DNA of 64,000 nt from Nitrosopumilus sp. (GTDB lineage: Archaea > Thermoproteota > Nitrososphaeria > Nitrososphaerales > Nitrosopumilaceae). This document shows positions 10,181-18,182 of this stretch, piece after piece. A model generated the notes under the pieces. The model was not told the DNA's origin, searched no databases, and saw nothing but the letters and a program-made list of their open reading frames with translations. Made by a program: the position numbers and the translations under genes. The stretch lies in assembly GCA_965207075.1 (NCBI GenBank), contig CBDBLO010000002.1:608001-672000 (forward strand), given 5' to 3'. Numbering within the stretch: the stretch's first letter is position 1; each line of letters opens with the position of its first letter.

Positions 10181-10918
10181 GTGATTGCAAAAACACAAAA
10201 AACGATTATTGAGAAGAACGTCCTTGCCATATTGTTCCTAGCTGCGGGATTCGTGTTCGCGTGTTCTGCTCCATATGTGATGGCCGGCGACGGGGACGAG
10301 GGTATAAGCAACTACCTCTGGAGCAAGGCCAGCTCGGACGGACACAGATCGATGCTGGACTGTCTGGACGCACCCCATGCTGACATATGTGACATACCAT
10401 ATGACTTGGCTTCCAACATAAACAACATAGCTGGCGACCTCAGCACGTCACAGATACGAACCGAGGCGTCCCATGCCGAATCCAACGTGAATGGCTTCAA
10501 CGTCTACATAGACGTGAGGGAGGCATCCTCGTCTCAATTCGACGTAAGGCCGTCCAACCTCGGATCCGGCCTCACAGCGACATACATGTACGAACAGCAT
10601 TGCACACACTTTTGGTGGCGGGGGTGGTGCACAGACAGTGACTCGTACTTTGTCGACTTTGACATAAAGGTCAACACCAACAACGCCTTCGATTTCGGCA
10701 CCGACGAATCTTGTGACGGGGAGCTCCCGACCAAGTGGGATCTAGAGAAGGTACTGGGACACGTGTTATTCCACATGTTCGGTTCGGAACATGCCACTTC
10801 TTCAGATAGCATAGTATACAAAGGAGGATACGTCTGCGATACTGGCAAGGTTCCGACATCACACGACAAATCCGCAATAGACAGAAAGTTCGGTCCAAGA
10901 GTGATGTGGGTTGACTGA
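10181..10918 (+). CDS. Secreted matrixin (M10 metzincin)-like protein lacking the catalytic Glu
   Basis: Signal peptide; WDLEKVLGHVLFHMFGSEH matches HExxHxxGxxH with E>V; SIVY at the Met-turn; PTSHDKSAIDRKFG resembles the terminal helix. Confidence 0.75.
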   Translation: MIAKTQKTIIEKNVLAILFLAAGFVFACSAPYVMAGDGDEGISNYLWSKASSDGHRSMLDCLDAPHADICDIPYDLASNINNIAGDLSTSQIRTEASHAESNVNGFNVYIDVREASSSQFDVRPSNLGSGLTATYMYEQHCTHFWWRGWCTDSDSYFVDFDIKVNTNNAFDFGTDESCDGELPTKWDLEKVLGHVLFHMFGSEHATSSDSIVYKGGYVCDTGKVPTSHDKSAIDRKFGPRVMWVD

Positions 10919-11489
10919 CAAGAAGAACGTCTTGCTTACCGTGGCGGCCGCCACCGCGGTACTTTCTGCTGTGCTCTATGGAGTGGGCCAGACGGGCGTC
11001 ACGGCCGAGAGGTTTGTGTGGGGACAGTACACCCCCTGGGACACTGAACGCATGTTCAAGCACTCTGATGCCGTCATACATGGCGCCGTCTTGAGCGCCG
11101 AAAAGGTGGTGCGCGAGGAGATGGAATACATCGACGACACTGACAAGGTGGAAAAGATTAGGAAGATGCCGTACCAGATACTGCAGATCAAGGTGAGCGA
11201 GTCCTTCAAGGGCGACTTAGACGGAACCGTGAAGGTCAGGGACAATCTAGACGCCATAGTGACTGAAAATGGCGAGAAGATACAGGTGAGGTACGACAAC
11301 TCTATTTCCTACGAAGGCGGTGAGGCAGGCATATTCTTCATCGATAAGATCGACGGAGAATACGTTCTAGATGGCCACTACGGGTTCTTTAAGCGCGACG
11401 ACACGTCGCTCAAGTCGGGTTTTCTGGGCGATGCCACCCCTGCGGACATAGAGAATGTAATACAAAATCTCTCTCAGCAGTACGACTAG
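10911..11489 (+). CDS. Exported TIMP/NTR-like OB-fold protein
   Basis: Signal anchor; MFKHSDAVIHGAV...YQILQIKVSESFKG resembles the TIMP N-domain; overlaps the upstream gene. Confidence 0.6.
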   Translation: MTDKKNVLLTVAAATAVLSAVLYGVGQTGVTAERFVWGQYTPWDTERMFKHSDAVIHGAVLSAEKVVREEMEYIDDTDKVEKIRKMPYQILQIKVSESFKGDLDGTVKVRDNLDAIVTENGEKIQVRYDNSISYEGGEAGIFFIDKIDGEYVLDGHYGFFKRDDTSLKSGFLGDATPADIENVIQNLSQQYD

Positions 11490-12488
11490 AGTAACGCTCA
11501 TTGAAAATTTCGCCTCATGATGGGCAACCACAGAAAAGCTTATTGATCGACGGATCGCCGAACCGTCCATGAACGAGAACAGCAGGAAGATCCGGGAGCT
11601 GAAGGAGGCCATGCGTGCAGAGAGGGACATCAGGATCCGCAACAGGATGATGGCGGTCCTGGGCGCGCTCAAGGGCCACTCTACAAGGACCGCATCTGAT
11701 TTTGCCGACGTGGACCAGCGAACGGCGCAACTGTGGGTTGCCCGGTTCAACGAGGGCGGCATCGGTGGCCTACGGGACGCTCCCGGGAGGGGCAGGGCTT
11801 CACGCGCCAAGTATGGGCGGATCAGGAGGCTTGCCGGCAGGCTTGCCGGCAGGAACATGCTCACCCCGAGAAAGCTGCGGAACTGGATACGCAGCAGGAT
11901 GCATGTCAGGCGCAGCCTGTGCAGCGTGCGCAGGATCCTGCGACACCTCGGGTTCTCATCCAAGAGGTCGACCACCCTGTACGCCTCGGCCGCCGACGAT
12001 GACACGGTAAGGCAGCGGCAGGCCGACGCCGCAGGCACAATACCGGGTGCAAAAAGGCGCGGCAGGAGGGGCAGGACCGTCGTGTTTGGCGCGCTTGCGG
12101 AGGACGGAACCGGATTGATGCGCAGTATGAAAGGTTTGACGGCCCGACGTTCGTAGGGTACCTCAGGGAGGTGCGCCGCAAGTGGGGCAGCGTCCTATTC
12201 GTAACGGACAACGCAAGCCAGCACAAGCACAGAGAGGTGAAAAAGTACCTGAAGGAACACGACGGGGTGGAGATCCTGTACCTGCCCACCGCGACGCCGA
12301 AGCTCAGCGCAGTCGAGTCCGTCTGGAGGGTTGCAAAATACATGCTTGCCGCCTCAGAACACTACGAGACGTGGGAGGATCTGACGCATCGGTGTCCGAG
12401 TATTTCAGGACGTGCTCAATCAGGCTTGACATATACAGATTTCTGCACCGCTGCGTATGAGGCGAAATTTTCAATGATCGTCACTCTT
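11488..12488 (+). mobile_element. IS630-family IS, transposase frameshifted and internally deleted
   Basis: TIRs AGAGTAACGCTCATTGAAAATTTCGCCTCAT / ATGAGGCGAAATTTTCAATGATCGTCACTCT; HTH LWVARFNEGG, DNASQH, LPTATPKLSAVESVW split across frames; CTAG target. Confidence 0.9.
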
Positions 12489-12763
12489 GTGGCTCCATGT
12501 CTCCTTGCCCGCCCGTGACTTTTTCTCCTCCCGGCGCCGCCGTCCCTGCAAATGCATATGCCGAGTCCACCTGTCCCGTGGTTTCTGTGTGTTGGCAAGT
12601 TCGCCTTTGTGCTTCGGTACGCGCGGCCCGTAAAATGCTGTATGCGCCCAGGCCAATTCCGGGTTCGTTGCCATGCATGCGCTTCATCTTGTAATTCTGG
12701 GCGCAAGATCAACTGGCCTGTCGCCGTACCGAGTATAAATAAAAAAGAAAAATGTGGCGGCTG

Positions 12764-13375
12764 TCATCTTTGGACCTTTAGTCTGACAGCGTCTCTGACT
12801 TCCGCTAGGTCTATCGGGTCGTGTCCTACCACCTTGTCCAACTCGGTGGTAACCGTGGTCTTGCCTGAGACTATTGGATAGTAGTCTGCAAAGCCTGACA
12901 CGTACAAGCGCCTGTCGTTTTCAATCAGAAAGACGCCCTTGTCTCCCAAATTGTAGTCGAACGCATACACATTCATGTAAACGGCCTTGTGGCCGTCACT
13001 CGTACCGACTTCCACCCATACTAAGCGGTCATATACCGTAATGGTTTTGGGGTCCAAACCGACATCGTCTGCCAGTTTTTCCAGTATGCGGATCTTTATC
13101 TCTTTCATCGGCACGCGGTCGGCCCTGACAAACTCGTCACCGTTCTCATCAACGCCAGCGATCTCCTCTGTGAAGAGCTTGACATCAAGGCCCACTATCT
13201 CACCTATAACTACCGCGCCAGCCTTGTCGACAGACTCGGCAAAGGTGAGGCCGGTGTCCCATTGCGTCTTATTGGACACCACGACGGCCGGATCCATTTC
13301 AGCTAGTATGTATGGCGTCGATGCTGCAGCAATTATTATTATTGCTGTCATCAGGCCAAACTTTTTGCCAGTCAT
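12764..13375 (-). CDS. Exported TIMP/NTR-like protein, paralog of 10911-11489
   Basis: MTGKK plus signal; KAGAVVIGEIV...MKEIKIRILE...YNLGDKGVFLI parallels SDAVIHGAV...YEGGEAGIFFI. Confidence 0.6.
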   Translation of the reverse strand: MTGKKFGLMTAIIIIAAASTPYILAEMDPAVVVSNKTQWDTGLTFAESVDKAGAVVIGEIVGLDVKLFTEEIAGVDENGDEFVRADRVPMKEIKIRILEKLADDVGLDPKTITVYDRLVWVEVGTSDGHKAVYMNVYAFDYNLGDKGVFLIENDRRLYVSGFADYYPIVSGKTTVTTELDKVVGHDPIDLAEVRDAVRLKVQR

Positions 13376-13530
13376 GTATATCGGCTCTCCAAATCTATTG
13401 TCCGCCTGAATGCGTATCGACACCAGTCAATACCCGCGCGGTGGTGTGCAAACGCAGGCATCATCCCGATCGTATCGGCCAACACAGACGCCGTGGCAGA
13501 AGATCTCAATTCTTCATCTTTTACGGTCAT
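13372..13530 (-). pseudogene. Internally deleted remnant of a second matrixin-like gene
   Basis: Signal-like start behind the shared promoter; ADNRFG just before the TIMP-like start resembles the AIDRKFG C-terminus. Confidence 0.4.
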
Positions 13531-13551
13531 TACACCCCCTTGCGCCCTACG

Positions 13552-13588
13552 TTATATAAGTAGATACATCCGTATCTGGAGTGCCTTT
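13552..13588 (-). promoter_or_regulatory. Paralogous promoter with TATA box
   Basis: Minus strand AAAGGCACTCCAGATACGGATGTATCTACTTATATAA. Confidence 0.7.
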
Positions 13589-13814
13589 CTACATACGTGG
13601 AACCCCTCCTTTCTTACGGTGGCCAGTGCCATCTTGGAAGTCTGGACTGACGTTGCCCCCGCGCATGTTGACACGGCAGGTACCTTGTATGATGCGACAA
13701 AAGTTGCGCGGACTGCCTAACTACAGATGAGCTCACATGCGGCATCCGCAGAAATGCAAGTATTGCCTGCAATTCCAATGATTTTTTATTACATGTACGC
13801 GGGATATTGTACGG

Positions 13815-15098
13815 ATGGCGAGACTGACATACAGGATCACGGTACTAGTGACTGCGCAGATCTTTCTGATCGTTACAAGCTTTTTAATCATGATCCATTT
13901 CGAGTCGCAGCTGAACCTTGCAGGAAACGTAGTAAATGTAGCCGGAGAGAACAGGGTGCTGACGATTCTGGTGCGCGATGAGCTCAGGGACAAGTTATTC
14001 CAAGAGGGCAGCCAGGCGCTCGACGGAAACCGAACGCTTGCGGCGCTAGACGCGCTGGAGTCAAACATACTCTTCCTGAAGGAGGGCGGAACATCGTCTG
14101 GGATAGAGATCAGCCCGCTCTCGCCGCGCTTTGAGGGCGACTGGAACCTGATATGGGACATGTTTGGGCAATACAGGGCCGAGGTTCTGGAGCGCCTCTC
14201 TACTGATAACACTGCCACTGCCGCATCGATCACCGGCATCGACACCATAAAGCACACCGGTGACAGGCTTGTCGCGCTCTCCGACGAGCTCACCGACAAG
14301 CTTAGCCACGACGTGGACGTGCTTTTATCCAACCTCATACGTCTCCAGGTGCTTCTTGGCATCACCAACGTAGCGGCGCATATCTTCCTGATCTTCCTGA
14401 TCTGGAGAGTATTTAGCAGGCATACCGCGGAGATGGTCAGGATGGGAAAGATTACCGCAGTGGGCGAGCTTGCAGTCGCGATGGCCCACGACATGAAGAC
14501 TCCTCTTGGAATCATACAGAACTCGACTTCCCTGATCAGACATCGCGGGGGCGATTCCGATGTAATCGGATCTACCATCGGCAGGATGGAGCGCGCCGTA
14601 AGGAGGATGTCGCACCAGATCGACGGCATAATGAACAGCGTCCGCAACGTCCCGCTCGTGACGTCACCGACGTCCGTGTCGGAGATGCTGGGCAGATCCG
14701 TCGCCTACGTGGACATACCAGATACCATAAGGATCAGCATGCCCAAGGACGACGCGCTCGTCACGTGCGATCCGGCAAAGATGGAGATGGTCTTTGCCAA
14801 TCTTTTGCTGAACGCGATCCAGGCAATAGGCGACGACTACGGATACGTAACTATCAGGCTGGCGGATGGTGAAACGGTGACGATAGAGTTTGAGAATTCG
14901 GGACCCCCGATTCCGGCAAGCCACATGGCGTCCCTCTTCGAGCCTCTATTTACCACCAAGCCGCAGGGCACCGGCTTGGGACTTGCCAGCTGCAAGAACA
15001 TCGTGGAGCAACACGGGGGAAGCATCAGCGCCAGCCGAGATCCGGTCGTGTTTACGCTGCGACTCCCGAAGGCCGGGACAGGCCGCGAGAGGGGGTGA
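13815..15098 (+). CDS. Membrane sensor histidine kinase with NarX/PilJ-like extracellular domain
   Basis: 2 TM; H-box AHDMKTPL; N-box NLLLNAIQA; FEPLFTTK; GTGLGL; VNVAGENR P-box-like motif. Confidence 0.92.
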   Translation: MARLTYRITVLVTAQIFLIVTSFLIMIHFESQLNLAGNVVNVAGENRVLTILVRDELRDKLFQEGSQALDGNRTLAALDALESNILFLKEGGTSSGIEISPLSPRFEGDWNLIWDMFGQYRAEVLERLSTDNTATAASITGIDTIKHTGDRLVALSDELTDKLSHDVDVLLSNLIRLQVLLGITNVAAHIFLIFLIWRVFSRHTAEMVRMGKITAVGELAVAMAHDMKTPLGIIQNSTSLIRHRGGDSDVIGSTIGRMERAVRRMSHQIDGIMNSVRNVPLVTSPTSVSEMLGRSVAYVDIPDTIRISMPKDDALVTCDPAKMEMVFANLLLNAIQAIGDDYGYVTIRLADGETVTIEFENSGPPIPASHMASLFEPLFTTKPQGTGLGLASCKNIVEQHGGSISASRDPVVFTLRLPKAGTGRERG

Positions 15099-15475
15099 TC
15101 GAGATGCCCGTCAAGCCCAAAAGGATCCTTGTGGTTGACGACGACCATGACTTTCTTGAGTCGATGCAGCTGCTACTGCTTGACTACGGGCACGAGGTGA
15201 TTCCCGCCTCAAACGGCAAGGAGGCCGTCGAAAAATATGCCGAGTATGGGCCCGACATCGTCTTGCTGGACTTTAAGATGCCCGGCATCGACGGCTATGA
15301 GACTCTGACGCACATAGTCAAACTCGACCCGGACGCGAGGGTTGTCCTCACCTCGGCCTATGCACTCGACGATGCGCAGTACAGAAGGGCGGTAGACATG
15401 TCGCTTTCAGGACTGCTGCCGAAGCCTATCGAGTTTGCAAACCTGGCAAAGGTAATCACTAGGCATGCAAAGTAG
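15095..15475 (+). CDS. Single-domain response regulator (CheY-like)
   Basis: ILVVDDD, LLDFKMPGIDG, KP. Confidence 0.95.
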   Translation: MIEMPVKPKRILVVDDDHDFLESMQLLLLDYGHEVIPASNGKEAVEKYAEYGPDIVLLDFKMPGIDGYETLTHIVKLDPDARVVLTSAYALDDAQYRRAVDMSLSGLLPKPIEFANLAKVITRHAK

Positions 15476-15486
15476 CTCGGGCGTCC

Positions 15487-16353
15487 TCAGAGAATCCAGC
15501 TGCTGTCCTTGGTAAGGGATCTCAGCCTCTCCCGGTAGCGATCTACCGCCTGCTCAAAAAATCTCCGGTACCACTCGCACATCTCGGGATCGCGCAGCAG
15601 CATCCTCCTGGCCCTGTCTATCCTGCCTTGGGACATTCTCGCGTTGGAGCTGGCCGACTTGTAATACATCATAAAGGTGTAGAACCAGTACGATATCTGG
15701 TCGGCCAAGTCTCCCTCGGAGATGGACTCGAACCTTCGGGCGTACTTGGTCTGCAGAAACGACATAATCTCGCAGAGCTGCGCGTTGCCGGACCCGGAGT
15801 TGTCCAGGAGGATCCCCTTGGCCAGGATCCTCAGCTTGTATATGTCCGTGCCCACTGCCGACTTGAGGGCTTCCCACTTGCCAAACACCTTGGGAAGAAC
15901 GCCTGCGTACATGCGGGCCATTCGATCCACATCGTCGCGGGACGGGTTCAGTACGTCCATGCAGTACAGTATTCCGTGCAGTGAGAGCCTGTATCTGCTG
16001 TAGGGCCCCTTCTTCTCCCTGACGACCAGTCCCAGGTCGAGCATGCCTCCGGACTGCTTTTTGGTGTCGTACCTTCCAAGGAACAGCCTCCTGTACGCCT
16101 TCTCCTTTGCCCTGATCAGCGATACGTCGGAGGTGCGCAGCATGAGCTTTGTCATGTCCCAGGTGGTACACGCCCCGTTTGCAAACATGATCTGGAGTAT
16201 GTCCTGCATTCCAGCCTGGTGCCTGCTCTTGGCGTTCGAGAAGCTCCCGTACAGTCTGTATGCCGCAGGCCGCGTGTAATACTTGTATGAGGCAAGGTTG
16301 CCGTACTGCGTGTCGTAGTTCTTTAGGTGTGGAGGAACACGGGGTTCTGACAT
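15487..16353 (-). CDS. Conserved hypothetical protein (possible winged-helix)
   Basis: 288-aa ORF; LDLGLVV...YRLSLHG wing-like motif. Confidence 0.7.
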   Translation of the reverse strand: MSEPRVPPHLKNYDTQYGNLASYKYYTRPAAYRLYGSFSNAKSRHQAGMQDILQIMFANGACTTWDMTKLMLRTSDVSLIRAKEKAYRRLFLGRYDTKKQSGGMLDLGLVVREKKGPYSRYRLSLHGILYCMDVLNPSRDDVDRMARMYAGVLPKVFGKWEALKSAVGTDIYKLRILAKGILLDNSGSGNAQLCEIMSFLQTKYARRFESISEGDLADQISYWFYTFMMYYKSASSNARMSQGRIDRARRMLLRDPEMCEWYRRFFEQAVDRYRERLRSLTKDSSWIL

Positions 16354-16578
16354 GTCAGGGCGCGCGGTGTACTGGTAATCTAAACTTTCTCAAACCCCCG
16401 TCGTACGCACGGGCCTTGACTCCACCCAGAGCAGAAAAAACTGATCAATTAGTATGCGAATTGGCCCAATCCTTGGATCCCGCTCCGCGGCGGCGCCTGC
16501 AGAGGTGACCGGCCCCGATGCCCCGCGCCCCCCAGATCAACATCGTTTTTATATTTGGCAGATGCCGAGTCAACGTAC

Positions 16579-17037
16579 TTGGCAAGTTACAAGGGAGCCT
16601 ACAGCAATGAGCGGTCGTTTGGAATAGCGCTTCCCGTTATAGCGATAATGTTTGTCGGAGCGGTCTACTTTATGTCGCAGAGAACCGACGCGGGGTTTGC
16701 AAGCTTTATCCTGGTGGGGGCGGGTGCCGTAACCATGATCTACTGGGTCCGCATGCTGCAGAGGATTGCGCAGGACCACAAGCCCGCATACACAAAGGCC
16801 AGGGAGCAGGAGAGCAAGAACTGGATGTACGACTTGATGAAGGGCGAGGGCGAGTCCGTGTTCGTAGCGGAGGTGCCGGGCCCCGAGGACAAGATAGCCG
16901 TCAGGCTGATCGACGGCGTGCTGTACATACGCGGCTCGGGCGGGTTCGGAAAGGAGGTTCCCATAGAGGGGGCGGAGCAGATGCAGATAGTGGACTTCAA
17001 GTACAGGAACGGCGTGCTCACGCTGAGAATCCGGTAG
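16579..17037 (+). CDS. Membrane-anchored Hsp20/alpha-crystallin domain protein
   Basis: 2 TM then VAEVPG...YRNGVLTLRI. Confidence 0.8.
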   Translation: MASYKGAYSNERSFGIALPVIAIMFVGAVYFMSQRTDAGFASFILVGAGAVTMIYWVRMLQRIAQDHKPAYTKAREQESKNWMYDLMKGEGESVFVAEVPGPEDKIAVRLIDGVLYIRGSGGFGKEVPIEGAEQMQIVDFKYRNGVLTLRIR

Positions 17038-17051
17038 CAGCCGTGCAGCAG

Positions 17052-18182
17052 TCACAGGCTCTTTGCAAGCTCGAGCTTCTGCGGAAGGTACTTGTCCGTG
17101 ATGTTGGTAAGCCCGTATTTTGAGAACGCCTCTAGTTCCGCCTTGCGCTTGAGCCTCAGGAACACGTCAAGCTCCTTGCGCCATACGCCGTAGGCGTACC
17201 TCGGATCGCTCTTCAGATCGTGGCATCTCTTGATGTCCGACTCTGTCATTGGGATGGTGGGCAGCTTGTACTTTTCAATGTCCGTGGCCCAGACCCCGAC
17301 CCACTTTGCGTCCGGGACGGTCAGCTCGCGCAGGTGTGCCGCATTGGCGGAGCCTGACTTTATCACCATGGCGATGTGCTCCCCGTACACGTCCCCGTCA
17401 GTCAGGATTATTATGGGCAGCCCCATCTCGTCGTGCAGCCGCTTGAGGAGCGTACGCGTGGAGCGCGGAGCCTGCCCCCCGGTGTTCACTATTATCGACT
17501 TGAATTTCTTGTCAACCTGCTCCTCCACGAACCTGGTGAACAGCCCGCCCTTCTCTATCGCGATTACAATCTCGGCGCTGGTGTCGACAAGCTCCGCGGT
17601 GGTGAGGCTCGGGCCTATGGAGTACCCGTCCGGATGGTTTGAGAGGTTCATCGTCTTGCCCTCGTACCCTGGGATGGTGTACTCAACGCTGAGGTCGCCG
17701 AATATGGTGCTGCGCTCCTCCGGGAATATGTGAAAGTCCTCCCGCGGCCTTGACGTAACAGCCTCTAGGTCCACAATGATGTTGTCCGACTCGGACTGGT
17801 TCTCAAACTCGATTGCGAAGGCCTGGGACGAATAGTAGACGTCCCTGAGGGTCGAGGACTTTTTCTCCTTTGTAAGCCTGTTTGCAAAGAACGCAAGCCA
17901 CATCAGCTGCGTAAACGACCGGAGCTGCGAGGAGTTGTGCGAACTGCGCATGGCCGACGCGTTGCCCAGTATGTACTGCCGGGTCGCGTCGTCAAATACG
18001 ATGTTGTTTACAGACCTGCTGGGTATGGAGAACGAGGGGAACCTGCCCGCGTTGAGGTCGTCGTATATGCGGGCGCCGTGCCCCTTGAGCTCGCCCAGTA
18101 TGTTCTTCTGCTTTAGCCTTGCCTTTGTCGCCGCGTCGACCTTTGGCTTTTTTGCGGCCCTGCGCTTTGCGCTGCCTGCCAT
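17052..18182 (-). CDS. top6A: DNA topoisomerase VI subunit A
   Basis: STLRDVYY, IEKGG, TDGDVYG, KAELEA. Confidence 0.97.
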   Translation of the reverse strand: MAGSAKRRAAKKPKVDAATKARLKQKNILGELKGHGARIYDDLNAGRFPSFSIPSRSVNNIVFDDATRQYILGNASAMRSSHNSSQLRSFTQLMWLAFFANRLTKEKKSSTLRDVYYSSQAFAIEFENQSESDNIIVDLEAVTSRPREDFHIFPEERSTIFGDLSVEYTIPGYEGKTMNLSNHPDGYSIGPSLTTAELVDTSAEIVIAIEKGGLFTRFVEEQVDKKFKSIIVNTGGQAPRSTRTLLKRLHDEMGLPIIILTDGDVYGEHIAMVIKSGSANAAHLRELTVPDAKWVGVWATDIEKYKLPTIPMTESDIKRCHDLKSDPRYAYGVWRKELDVFLRLKRKAELEAFSKYGLTNITDKYLPQKLELAKSL

